From positions 64,001-128,000 of the forward strand of contig CALKUP010000006.1 of NCBI GenBank assembly GCA_937996685.1: a stretch of DNA of 64,000 bases, given 5' to 3'. Within the stretch, counting starts at the first letter, position 1, and each line of letters starts with the position of its first letter. The translations under genes were made by a program, and so were the position numbers. A model generated the notes under the pieces. It had not been told where the DNA came from and searched no databases. It was given only the letters and a program-made list of their open reading frames with translations. Of this stretch, positions 53,940-63,346 are shown in pieces. Source of the stretch: an uncultured bacterium (GTDB lineage: Bacteria > Patescibacteriota > Patescibacteriia > UBA9570 > XYC2-FULL-38-9).

Positions 53940-55571
53940 TTATTGTATTTCTTGCAACGAATGCTTTGTCATAACATACCGTCGATGAGACAACTCCTCA
54001 ACTGCTGAACGATGTGTGACAATCACAACCGTTTTATTCTTCAGTGCTTGTTGCAAATATTTTACCACCACTTGTTCAGTTGCTTCATCAAGGTGCGATG
54101 TTGGTTCATCAAGCAACACAATATCACGATCAAGTAAAACACCACGCGCAATATTTAAACGCTGTTTTTGCCCAGCAGACATTTTTACACCCTTCTCACC
54201 AACAATCGTTTCAAAACCATCAGTCAGTTGGCGATACCATTCACCTAATCCAATATCAGTCAACGTTTTTTCTAGCACCACTTCAGGAATATTCACACCT
54301 AACGTCAAATTGTCTCTGACTGACAAATTAAATAACTCAGTTTCCTGAGAAATATAGGTGATATGTTGTCGAAAAAAGTCTGGGTCAATAGACTTAAATT
54401 CTATACCATCAATATACCGCTCACCCTGACTTGGTTGTACATTATTCATTAATATATTTAATACAGTTGTCTTGCCTTGACCAGAAGCGCCAGTCAAGGA
54501 GATGATTTTGCCTTTTTGCAAGGTGAGTGCTGGGATTGAAATAACCGCCGTTGCATCCTGTAGATGAAGCTGAACATCTTTCAGACTCATCTCTTGCCAC
54601 CGCAATGGTAATGTACCATTTTTAACTGGTAAAACTTGCATTAAGACTTCATCAAGATTTTGAATATAACCATTCATGACCATTAAATCTTTGACATATT
54701 CTGACAAGCGCTCAATATTCCCACGAATAATCGCATACGCAGCAATAAACAAAATAAGCACAGAAGGACTCAAAACGCCTCTACTAATTTGTAATAACAA
54801 AAACCCAATCGTCGATAAAAATGCGAACCCAAATAATGAATGTAAAAATGCCCAGCGATTCGCATGAAATTTTTGCAGTTGCGAAATTTGTTGGTTATGA
54901 GTCAGTGTTTTATCAGCTATTTTTGCATAAGCAAAATCAACAACATTTAACCGCTGGACAGTTATGATGTTTGCCATAAAATCAGCATATCGCTCAAAAA
55001 GAGATGCTCGGCGAGCGTTTAATTCCTGTGTGATCGGAATCATTTTTCGGGACAGCAACACGCTTGCGATAATAAAAATAGACAAGGTTAAAAAATTAAC
55101 ACACGCAACAAGAAATGATTCACGTGCGGTAAAATAAAAAAATAAAATCAGATTTGAAGTACTCAGAGCGACTGTCCAAAAAATGGAAAAAAGAATTGGC
55201 GTCATTCCCTCTGATACATTATTAATCAGTGACAACGTATAACCAGAATGATATTTTTTTAATTCAGTGGGTGGAAGTTCAACTAATTTTCGAAAATAGA
55301 CCAATCGAATATGATTCGCAAATTGCTGAGCCATTGCTTCACCGTAATTACGAATAAACCACTGAAGAATCAGTGACAGCACATACGCACAAAGCACAGC
55401 TATCGCCAATTGAATAAAACGATGTGTATCTAAATTTGTTTTCGTAAACTCAGCTAATAAAACGGGGATCGCGAACAACGCAGCGCCATCTAAAATACCC
55501 ATGATAAAAATCACGATAAATCGAGCACGATAGATCGATAAATTTTTAAAAATAAAAACTAAAGCGTTCAT
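53940..55571 (-). CDS. ABC exporter, fused transmembrane and ATP-binding domains
   Basis: Six N-terminal TM helices. Walker A LTGASGQGKTT, signature MSAGQKQRLNIARG, Walker B IVLLDEPTSHLD. Confidence 0.8.
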   Translation of the reverse strand: MNALVFIFKNLSIYRARFIVIFIMGILDGAALFAIPVLLAEFTKTNLDTHRFIQLAIAVLCAYVLSLILQWFIRNYGEAMAQQFANHIRLVYFRKLVELPPTELKKYHSGYTLSLINNVSEGMTPILFSIFWTVALSTSNLILFFYFTARESFLVACVNFLTLSIFIIASVLLSRKMIPITQELNARRASLFERYADFMANIITVQRLNVVDFAYAKIADKTLTHNQQISQLQKFHANRWAFLHSLFGFAFLSTIGFLLLQISRGVLSPSVLILFIAAYAIIRGNIERLSEYVKDLMVMNGYIQNLDEVLMQVLPVKNGTLPLRWQEMSLKDVQLHLQDATAVISIPALTLQKGKIISLTGASGQGKTTVLNILMNNVQPSQGERYIDGIEFKSIDPDFFRQHITYISQETELFNLSVRDNLTLGVNIPEVVLEKTLTDIGLGEWYRQLTDGFETIVGEKGVKMSAGQKQRLNIARGVLLDRDIVLLDEPTSHLDEATEQVVVKYLQQALKNKTVVIVTHRSAVEELSHRRYVMTKHSLQEIQ

Positions 55572-55718
55572 TGATTTTTATACTATATCTAAAGAGACAT
55601 CAATCAACCCCTCTTTTTGGGTGCATTTCCTCATGCTCAATTAGGTTTATCCCCACAAAAATAGACGGTATGATATGATGTGATATACTGTACCTATAAT
55701 CATCTAATTATACAACAT

Positions 55719-56273
55719 ATGAAAAAATCATTGCTTGGTTTACTTGTTGTCTCTCTTGTCCTTACAGGTGCAAGTTGTGGCAGCGACGATAAAACAACAA
55801 CAAAAACTGCTGCGAACACAGCCGCTGCTGTTTCAACAGTAAAAGTAAATGAAGCTGCAAAAGCTGGCGACATTTCACACACAGTCACATTGGCTGAAAA
55901 AATGGATACTATTCCAGCGTCAAAGACCGTTGAAGACTTTAAGTCAATTGCAAAAGACAAAAAAGCTGCTGACGGTTTCACATGGGTGCATTTGACTGGA
56001 AAAGTCACAAACAACTCATCTGAATCAGAAAATGTAAGTTCAAACTCTTTGACTGTTGTTGACGACAGTGGAAAAGAATATGACCTTGCAACTGACGTGA
56101 CAATTTACGTTCCAGATGACAAGTTCCCAACATACATCGACATTCAACCAACACAAACAGTTGAATGGGAAGCGTATTACCTCGTTCCAACAACTGCGAA
56201 AGGCTTGAAATTGAAAGTAAACGACTTGCAAATCTTGTCTGACAACGAAGCGCTCGTTGACCTCGGTTTATAA
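55719..56273 (+). CDS. Lipoprotein, DUF4352-like
   Basis: Signal peptide plus lipobox MKKSLLGLLVVSLVLTGASC. Start ATG 55719 (track ORF from 55680). Confidence 0.55.
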   Translation: MKKSLLGLLVVSLVLTGASCGSDDKTTTKTAANTAAAVSTVKVNEAAKAGDISHTVTLAEKMDTIPASKTVEDFKSIAKDKKAADGFTWVHLTGKVTNNSSESENVSSNSLTVVDDSGKEYDLATDVTIYVPDDKFPTYIDIQPTQTVEWEAYYLVPTTAKGLKLKVNDLQILSDNEALVDLGL

Positions 56274-56295
56274 TCAATACAATCAAATACGAAAA

Positions 56296-56324
56296 ATACT
56301 CCGTTTCTACGGGGTATTTTTTTA
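56296..56324 (+). terminator. Rho-independent terminator
   Basis: ATACTCCG-TTTCTA-CGGGGTAT hairpin followed by T7. Confidence 0.65.
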
Positions 56325-56347
56325 TAGCGAGATTGCTGCAAATGGTA

Positions 56348-56374
56348 TTGATGTACACGCATTTGTGGTATACT
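56348..56374 (+). promoter_or_regulatory. Promoter with extended -10 (TGgTATACT) for the second lipoprotein gene, near-leaderless
   Basis: TTGATG at 56348-56353, 15-nt spacer, TG at 56366-56367, TATACT at 56369-56374. The ATG at 56389 is about 8 nt after the predicted TSS. Confidence 0.4.
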
Positions 56375-56388
56375 ACGTGCATTAACAT

Positions 56389-56961
56389 ATGTATTTTATG
56401 ACACATCGTTTCACCGCTTTTTTACTTGTTGCGACACTCCTGCTTACAGGACAAAGCTGCCTCAACCGCAACACCAATACAAATACGAACGTTGCTCCAC
56501 CAGAAAAAATTGTCATCAAGGTTGGTGAAAAAACAACCATCGATTCACTTGAACACCAAGTCACAACAGCTGAGCGATTAGATGTGATTCCAGCCAGTAG
56601 CACAATCAAGCGCTTTAAAAATATCGCCGCTGACAAAAAAGCCCCTGAAGGCTTTACCTATATTCACTTGAGAGGCAACATCAAAAATACCGGAGAAACA
56701 GCCCAAACAATTGACAGTAATAGCTTCCAAATCATCGACCGGATTGGCGAAACATATAAAATCACCACAGACGTAACACTCTACATCGAAGACACACTGT
56801 TCCCGACCTATATTGAAGTGCCTGCAGGAAAAACAACACCGTGGGAAGGATACTTCCTTGTTCCGAATGTCGGCAAAGATCTCGAATTACAACTCACCGA
56901 TCTCCAATCACCTCCAGTAAAAACAGCCTTTGTTAACCTTGGTATCGCAAACAAAGAATAA
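56389..56961 (+). CDS. Lipoprotein, DUF4352-like. Tandem paralogue of 55719..56273.
   Basis: Lipobox LLLTGQSC. About 45% identity to the upstream paralogue across the C-terminal 110 aa (DVIPASSTIKRFKNIAADKKAPEGFTYIHL... versus DTIPASKTVEDFKSIAKDKKAADGFTWVHL...). Confidence 0.55.
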   Translation: MYFMTHRFTAFLLVATLLLTGQSCLNRNTNTNTNVAPPEKIVIKVGEKTTIDSLEHQVTTAERLDVIPASSTIKRFKNIAADKKAPEGFTYIHLRGNIKNTGETAQTIDSNSFQIIDRIGETYKITTDVTLYIEDTLFPTYIEVPAGKTTPWEGYFLVPNVGKDLELQLTDLQSPPVKTAFVNLGIANKE

Positions 56962-56988
56962 AAAAAGAGCCTCAAGGCTCTTTTTTTA
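56960..56988. terminator. Bidirectional rho-independent terminator between the lipoprotein gene and rmlD
   Basis: A7-AGAGCC-TCAA-GGCTCT-T7. Confidence 0.7.
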
Positions 56989-57004
56989 TTATCAGCAAAC
57001 TACG

Positions 57005-57931
57005 TTATTCACTTTTTGTTTCAAGATAGGCAGCCAGCGCATCTTGCCATGATCGCGTTGCAGGAAGCTTTGTATTCAACAGCATGGAAAATTTTGGACG
57101 TGTCGCAGGACGCGGAAATGTACTGGCTGGAACTGGATTCAGCGTCATTTCTTTTCCTGTTTTTTCTTTTTGGATACGGAAAATTTCTTGTGCAAATTCA
57201 AACCATGTGCAGGCTCCCGTATTTGTAATATGGAAGATTCCTGGCTCAATCTCCCCTTGCAACGCTTTTTCAAGCAACACTTTTGTTTGATCAGCAAGAT
57301 CTGGAGTATATGTCGGTGACGCAAACTCTTCATCAACCACATCTAAACTCTCTCGTGTTTGCGCGAGCTCAAGCATCATATCAACAAAACTTTTTTTCGA
57401 CATATCAGAAACACCAGGCTTACCAAACAATTTACATGTTCGAGCCACAAATACCTTACCGCCTGCTGCCAAGACCTGTTCTTCTCCAGCTCGCTTTGAA
57501 CGGGCGTAATTACTTTGTGGATTTGGTGTGTCAATTTCTGTGTAACCGTCTTTTTTTGTACCGTCAAATACATAATCTGTACTGTAATGCACAAACAGCG
57601 CGTCAATTTCTTTGCAGGCTCGGGCCAAATTTCCTGGACCATCTGCATTCACTTTCATTGCCACAGCAAACACTTCTGGCTTTTCAGCATCATCAACCGC
57701 ATTAAATGCTGCTGTGTTAATCACAATCGCTGGTTTCAATTCACGAAACTTTTCTAACACCGCTGCCTCATCAGTAATGTCTAATTCAGCGCGATCCCAC
57801 ACAATCGGATTATATTCAGCAAGGACACGCGCAACATCTTGACCGAGCATTCCGTGACCACCAACAATTAAAATCGGTGTTGGCAGCGTCACATGTGTTT
57901 CAAGATTATTTGTTTCCATATTGCTCTGCAT
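57005..57931 (-). CDS. rmlD: dTDP-4-dehydrorhamnose reductase
   Basis: PILIVGGHGMLGQDV NAD(P)-binding N-terminus, RmlD-like. Start ATG 57931 or 57919 (track ORF from 57952). Confidence 0.8.
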   Translation of the reverse strand: MQSNMETNNLETHVTLPTPILIVGGHGMLGQDVARVLAEYNPIVWDRAELDITDEAAVLEKFRELKPAIVINTAAFNAVDDAEKPEVFAVAMKVNADGPGNLARACKEIDALFVHYSTDYVFDGTKKDGYTEIDTPNPQSNYARSKRAGEEQVLAAGGKVFVARTCKLFGKPGVSDMSKKSFVDMMLELAQTRESLDVVDEEFASPTYTPDLADQTKVLLEKALQGEIEPGIFHITNTGACTWFEFAQEIFRIQKEKTGKEMTLNPVPASTFPRPATRPKFSMLLNTKLPATRSWQDALAAYLETKSE

Positions 57932-58919
57932 AATAATTCGCGTACTCCCCACTTTTAATTGGCTTCCACCACCATTCGTTATCTGTATACCATTGAATGG
58001 TATTTTTCAAACCTTCTTCAAAAGAGTATTTCGGCTCCCAGTGCAGCTCACGTTGAATCTTTGACCAATCCACTGTGTAACGTCGATCATGACCTGGGCG
58101 ATCTTTCACAAATTCAATATCATCCTCTGTTTTGCCCATAATCTGCAACATCATTTTTACAACATCGAGGTTACTCACTTCATCAGTCATGCCTCCAACT
58201 AAATAGGTTTCACCAACAACACCACGCAACAACACCGCTTCAATCGCACTGCAATGATCTTCAACATGCAACCAATCACGGACATATAAACCGTCGCCAT
58301 ACACTGGGACTTTTTTTCCTTCAATCAAGTTTGTGATTGCAAGTGGAAATAATTTTTCTGGGAAATGATACGGACCATAGTTATTTGAACAATTGGTGAT
58401 TGTGATCGGTAAACCGTATGTATCAAAATACGCCCGGACTAAATGATCAGACGCTGCTTTACTGGCTGAATACGGACTATGTGGATCATAATGTGTAAAC
58501 TCATCAAACTTTTTGCCTCCTTCAAGCGGCAGAGCACCAAACACTTCATCAGTAGAAATATGATGGAAACGTTTCACTGAAAGTTCGAGCGCTGCATTCA
58601 ACATCACGGCAGTTCCTTCAACATTTGTTTTGACAAATTCCATTGGATTCGTGATCGAACGATCAACGTGTGACTCGGCTGCAAAATGCACCACAATGTC
58701 AGCGCCAGTCATTGCTGCTTTCACAGCCGCAAAATCGGTGATATCACCTTTCACAAACGAATAATTCGGATTATCTTCTACATCTTTTAATGAACTTAAA
58801 TTTCCAGAATAGGTTAAGACATCGTAATTCACGATCGTGTCCTCTGGATGATTCGCAAGCCAATAGCGAACAAAATTACTACCGATAAAGCCGGCACCGC
58901 CTGTAACAAATAATTTCAT
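57906..58919 (-). CDS. rmlB: dTDP-glucose 4,6-dehydratase
   Basis: MKLFVTGGAGFIGSNFVRYW ... YSASKAASDHLVRAY (YxxxK). Confidence 0.9.
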   Translation of the reverse strand: MKLFVTGGAGFIGSNFVRYWLANHPEDTIVNYDVLTYSGNLSSLKDVEDNPNYSFVKGDITDFAAVKAAMTGADIVVHFAAESHVDRSITNPMEFVKTNVEGTAVMLNAALELSVKRFHHISTDEVFGALPLEGGKKFDEFTHYDPHSPYSASKAASDHLVRAYFDTYGLPITITNCSNNYGPYHFPEKLFPLAITNLIEGKKVPVYGDGLYVRDWLHVEDHCSAIEAVLLRGVVGETYLVGGMTDEVSNLDVVKMMLQIMGKTEDDIEFVKDRPGHDRRYTVDWSKIQRELHWEPKYSFEEGLKNTIQWYTDNEWWWKPIKSGEYANYYAEQYGNK

Positions 58920-58922
58920 AAT

Positions 58923-59477
58923 TTATTCTTTTGATAATTCCCAAAAATCAGCGCCAAACACATCCCATGGCAACCGTTTTTCATCGCATTCACTCGGCTC
59001 TGCAGAAAATGCATTATTTACAAAATAGACAATCGCTGCATTTTTATCCCACAAATTTCCAGCACCATGTGCAACACCGCGTGGAATATAGAGCACTTTT
59101 GCTTTCCCACCGCCGAGCACAAAACGCATGACCGTGCCTTCAGTCGGACTGCCAGCACGCAAATCCTTCAAGCCAATAAGTAGTCGATGATGTGGCGGAA
59201 TAAACCAAATATCTTCTTGGTTAAAATGTAAATGCGTCGCTTTAATAACACCTGGAACCATTTCAGAATAATTCACTTGCTTTACTTCAAAGCCTGGGAA
59301 TTGTTGGTGCATGCCGGATCGAAAACGACCAAGCTCCATAAACTGACCACCATCGTCAATCATGAGCGGTAATTCAATAATTTGCACACCGTCGATTGGT
59401 GTTTTTTTTGAATAATCTTGCATCGTGACTTGATCACGAACGTCAGCACTGATTGACTCGGTTGATAATGGTTCCAT
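58923..59477 (-). CDS. rmlC: dTDP-4-dehydrorhamnose 3,5-epimerase
   Basis: Cupin fold, ...GVIKATHLHFNQEDIWFIPPHHRLLIGLKDLR... RmlC-like. Confidence 0.8.
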   Translation of the reverse strand: MEPLSTESISADVRDQVTMQDYSKKTPIDGVQIIELPLMIDDGGQFMELGRFRSGMHQQFPGFEVKQVNYSEMVPGVIKATHLHFNQEDIWFIPPHHRLLIGLKDLRAGSPTEGTVMRFVLGGGKAKVLYIPRGVAHGAGNLWDKNAAIVYFVNNAFSAEPSECDEKRLPWDVFGADFWELSKE

Positions 59478-59500
59478 AGATTATAATGTAAAGCGAGTAA

Positions 59501-60568
59501 TTAAAGTTCGATTGTTGTGTTTTCACCAAGAATCATTTTGTGACCTTCATTTTTCTTGTGGTCCACAATTGTTGCATTGTGACCAATGATACTTTGGTTA
59601 ATATGCATGCTGTGGTGAATCGTCGCATCATCCATCACAATCGTTTCTTCGATTGTTGCATTTTGAATCGACGTTCCGTTACCGATACATGCATATGGTT
59701 TTAATGTGGCATTTTCAATCACTGCATTTTCACCAATGACCACCGGACCTTCAATCACCGTGTTGCCGAGAATTTTTGCACCGTCACCAATGGACACTTT
59801 TCCGCTCATTTTGACTGTATCATCAACAACAGCAGCGCCATTATAATCAGACACCAAATTCATCAACAAGCTATTCCCTTCTAACATATCAAGCGGTTTG
59901 CCAGTATCTTTCCACCAACCATCAACGACTTGGTATGACACTTTTTTACCGTTATCAATTAAATATGTATGTACATCTGAAATTTCCAATTCACCACGAT
60001 CTGACATCGCAACACCATCAACCGCTTCATGCACATCTTTGGTGTAACAATAAATCCCAGTCACCGCGAAATCACTTGGTGGATTTTTTGGTTTTTCAAG
60101 AACGCGTGTGATATTGCCGTTTGCATCAATTTCTGGCACTCCAAAACGTTCCGGATCTTGCACTTTTGATAATGCCAAAAAGGCAGTCGCGCCACTCTCT
60201 TCAAAGCCTTTCACAAAATCAACAATTGAACCCAAAATAATGTTATCACCAAGATAAAAGACAAATGAATCATCTCCCAAAAATTCTTGGGCATTTTTAA
60301 TCACATGCGCAACTCCAAGCGCTCCGCCAACTTGTTCTAAAAATGTTACCTTCAATCCCCAAGCACTTCCGTCTCCAATCAATTCTTGCAAGGATGTATC
60401 CCCTTCATTCACATTAATCGCCACTTCCACAATGCCGGCTTCAGCAATTTTTTCAAGTGCGTAAACAATCAGCGGCTTGTTCACAAGCGGAATCAAGTGC
60501 TTATTTAATGAATAGGTAATTGGACGTAATCGGGTTCCACGACCACCAGCGGCAATAAGGGCTTTCAT
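59501..60568 (-). CDS. rmlA: Glucose-1-phosphate thymidylyltransferase, long form with a C-terminal left-handed beta-helix
   Basis: MKALIAAGGRGTRLRPITYSLNKHLIPL nucleotidyltransferase N-terminus. C-terminal hexapeptide repeats (IGDGAKILGNTVIEGPVVIGENAVIENA). Confidence 0.8.
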   Translation of the reverse strand: MKALIAAGGRGTRLRPITYSLNKHLIPLVNKPLIVYALEKIAEAGIVEVAINVNEGDTSLQELIGDGSAWGLKVTFLEQVGGALGVAHVIKNAQEFLGDDSFVFYLGDNIILGSIVDFVKGFEESGATAFLALSKVQDPERFGVPEIDANGNITRVLEKPKNPPSDFAVTGIYCYTKDVHEAVDGVAMSDRGELEISDVHTYLIDNGKKVSYQVVDGWWKDTGKPLDMLEGNSLLMNLVSDYNGAAVVDDTVKMSGKVSIGDGAKILGNTVIEGPVVIGENAVIENATLKPYACIGNGTSIQNATIEETIVMDDATIHHSMHINQSIIGHNATIVDHKKNEGHKMILGENTTIEL

Positions 60569-60578
60569 ATATAACAGG

Positions 60579-60785
60579 TTAATTCTCTTGTTTTTGGAAA
60601 TAAAATAGAATATGTATCAGCGCCAAGAATAACACAAAAAGACCGAAATAATCAAGGTTGATAGAAAACTGCGCAAACCCAGGAAGCCATTGGTCAAGAA
60701 CCAGCAAAACAAGAAACAACGCGCTGCATATTTCCAGCGCTGCTTGATGGACATTCTTTATAAGGGAATAGTGGGATGTTTTCAT
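60579..60785 (-). CDS. Possible small two-TM membrane peptide (uncertain)
   Basis: Internal ATG 60785 of track ORF 60579..60872. The full ORF would overlap the upstream gene by 77 nt. Confidence 0.2.
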   Translation of the reverse strand: MKTSHYSLIKNVHQAALEICSALFLVLLVLDQWLPGFAQFSINLDYFGLFVLFLALIHILFYFQKQEN

Positions 60786-60795
60786 ATACACAGAA

Positions 60796-62286
60796 TTATT
60801 TCGTGAACCGCTGTCGCAAACGATCAAATAACGACTCTCGGTGAAAATCAAATTGGATTGACTGTACTTCAATTGTTTCTTTCTCGGATTTCAAATCGGG
60901 GGCTTCGAGTGTGAATTGTAATTTTTTTCGATTGCCAAGCACATGATCCAGGGGCAGGTTCACGGTCGCTTCTTTTCCTGTATACAAGACCGTTGATGGA
61001 ACATATGAAGACGTTGTTACAATTGCTTCGACATCAGACAGTTGCAGACCACTCCGAATTGACTGCATTTCAAAGTCGGGATCAAAATATGCATCTTCGG
61101 CAAATGCCATATATCCAGAAAATGACACGGTCGCGTCTGCAATTGGCACGCGCAATGAAGACAGCAGGTCAGTTGACACGTCCTGTAACTCAACCTTTTC
61201 ACCAGCGGAACCCAACACAATGGAACGATCTTGGATCGTCAGCGTCTGGAGCGACTCTGCCGCTTCTGTCACCGCTGAAAGACCGGAAACACGCGTGAAT
61301 GTTGTCACGGCATTTTGTTTATCCACCCCACTTCCTGGAATACGCGGAGTACCCGCAAATGTGACGTGATCTTTAATCACGAGACGTCTACTGCCTGCCT
61401 TAATATTTTTCAACAATACATCACCACTGGTCTGCACTACGATGCGGTACACACCGTCTGCGAGACCTTCTTTGTTAATACTGACCGGTTGTTCAGAGCT
61501 TGGAACACGGTTATTTGTTGTGTTTCCATCATCCGCAAACTCTTGCTTAAACACTTCCTCGCCTGCCTCATTCACAACAAGCACGGTCGCTGGATCAAGA
61601 CCGCCGGAAAGATTTGCATCAACCAATGTTGTTGAAAAACTAAGCGCACCTTTTGAAACGTAGACTAAAAACTCGTGGCTCCCCCGCAATGGAACGGGCA
61701 CAACCTGCGTTACTGAATCCCCAATAGCCTCTTCTCGATACATCACTGGCACTGTTGTATCACCAAGCGCAACAACAGCTCCGTTTGCAATACGCTCTTT
61801 CACTGCATTAAGATCAAGGCCATCTTTGCTATACACCACTTGACCAGCCCCTTCATCAACCACGGACTTCCAGTGTGCATCCAAAGCTTCTTGCACAAGT
61901 GGAAAATCAATGATTTGTTTTTTTACTGCAAGCGGATTCAGCAACTCCACAATACCGAAATCAATTGGACCATGATGCGCTGTTTTATAGTGAATAGTTG
62001 CAGTGACAGAATCAAACGCCCGCGGAGTCTGTACGGTCATATAGACCGGAGCTTCAGACAGCACCTGCACAGAGCCTCCTGTTCGTGTATTGTACAACAC
62101 GTCGCTGGCGCGATCCTGAGGGATAAACAACGAGATAAACCGATTGCGTGGCTGTGAAAAATCTTGGGTGATCGTGAAGTTTCCGGAAACACCGAAATAC
62201 TGCCACGCACAATAGCCGAGTACACCCAGCGCAAAAAGACCCCATCCACACCGTGCTAGAAATAACGAACGAGACTGTTTCTTCAT
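60796..62286 (-). CDS. Membrane-anchored extracytoplasmic protein of unknown function
   Basis: ATG 62286 (MKKQSRSLFLARCGWGLFALGVLGYCAWQY, signal-anchor). About 470-aa beta-rich ectodomain. Sits between the rml operon and a UDP-sugar epimerase. Confidence 0.5.
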   Translation of the reverse strand: MKKQSRSLFLARCGWGLFALGVLGYCAWQYFGVSGNFTITQDFSQPRNRFISLFIPQDRASDVLYNTRTGGSVQVLSEAPVYMTVQTPRAFDSVTATIHYKTAHHGPIDFGIVELLNPLAVKKQIIDFPLVQEALDAHWKSVVDEGAGQVVYSKDGLDLNAVKERIANGAVVALGDTTVPVMYREEAIGDSVTQVVPVPLRGSHEFLVYVSKGALSFSTTLVDANLSGGLDPATVLVVNEAGEEVFKQEFADDGNTTNNRVPSSEQPVSINKEGLADGVYRIVVQTSGDVLLKNIKAGSRRLVIKDHVTFAGTPRIPGSGVDKQNAVTTFTRVSGLSAVTEAAESLQTLTIQDRSIVLGSAGEKVELQDVSTDLLSSLRVPIADATVSFSGYMAFAEDAYFDPDFEMQSIRSGLQLSDVEAIVTTSSYVPSTVLYTGKEATVNLPLDHVLGNRKKLQFTLEAPDLKSEKETIEVQSIQFDFHRESLFDRLRQRFTK

Positions 62287-62366
62287 ATAGAAGCAGTATA
62301 ACGAACCAGCCGGTATTTTGCTAGCATGTATTGCGCTTTTACTCAAAATACGGTAGTTTTCAAGCT

Positions 62367-63335
62367 ATGAAACGAACCATTTTAGTGACTGGGGCCGCTG
62401 GTTTTATTGGATCAAACGTCATCGACCGACTGTTAGAACGCGGGGACACTGTTGTTGCTGTTGACAATTTCACCGATTATTACGATGTATCGTTCAAAGA
62501 AGAAAACATCGCCGAACACACCACGCATCCGAACTACACCCTCTATCGCACTGATATTACTGACATGGCTGGCATGGCCGCAATTTTTGCAGCTCATACA
62601 TTCGACACGGTTTTGCATCTTGCCGCTCAAGCTGGGGTTCGCTCTTCGATTATTGATCCAATTACGTTCGTGAACGTGAATGTCAGTGGTACAACAATTC
62701 TATTTGAACTCTGCCAAAAAAACGCTGTCCCGCACGTTGTCTTTGCTTCATCTTCATCGGTCTACGGCAATCAAGAAAAGATTCCGTTTTCAGAAGACGA
62801 TTCTGTAACAGCGCCAATCTCTCCATATGCCGCTTCCAAAAAGTCTGCCGAACTCATTGCCTATACGTTTCATCACCTGTATGGCATGCATATGACTGGC
62901 CTGCGTTTTTTTACTGTCTATGGACAACGCGGCAGACCAGACATGTCGCCATATCTCTTTGCGGATGCGATTTTACATGACCGCCCAATCACGCAATTCG
63001 GCGACGGATCAACGAGGCGCGATTACACGTATATCGATGATATTGCAAACGGCATCCTCGCAGCGATTGAGCACCCACTCGGTTTCGAAATCATTAACCT
63101 CGGCAATTCATCAACCATCAGCCTTCAAGAATACATCGAATTATTTGAACAGGTCATTGGTAAGAAAGCAAAAATCATTCGAGAACCGGAAAAGCCTGGG
63201 GATGTCAAAAAAACCTATGCCGATATTCGAAAGGCACGTGAACTCCTTGCCTGGCAGCCGACCACAACCCTTGAAGAAGGTCTCCCACAATTTATCGAAT
63301 GGTTTAAAAAGCATCGCTACACCCCAAACAACTAA
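62367..63335 (+). CDS. UDP-glucuronate 4-epimerase-like NAD-dependent epimerase
   Basis: ILVTGAAGFIGSNV, DNFTDYYDVSFKEEN (typical of UDP-GlcA epimerases), YAASKKSAE (YxxxK). Start ATG 62367. Confidence 0.65.
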   Translation: MKRTILVTGAAGFIGSNVIDRLLERGDTVVAVDNFTDYYDVSFKEENIAEHTTHPNYTLYRTDITDMAGMAAIFAAHTFDTVLHLAAQAGVRSSIIDPITFVNVNVSGTTILFELCQKNAVPHVVFASSSSVYGNQEKIPFSEDDSVTAPISPYAASKKSAELIAYTFHHLYGMHMTGLRFFTVYGQRGRPDMSPYLFADAILHDRPITQFGDGSTRRDYTYIDDIANGILAAIEHPLGFEIINLGNSSTISLQEYIELFEQVIGKKAKIIREPEKPGDVKKTYADIRKARELLAWQPTTTLEEGLPQFIEWFKKHRYTPNN

Positions 63336-63346
63336 CGTACATCTCT

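Noticed and set aside
60579-60872. Full-length 97-aa ORF between rmlA and the 516-aa gene
   Set aside because: Its 5' third overlaps the upstream gene's 3' end in another frame. Only a shorter 68-aa version from ATG 60785 is plausible, and even that has weak support.
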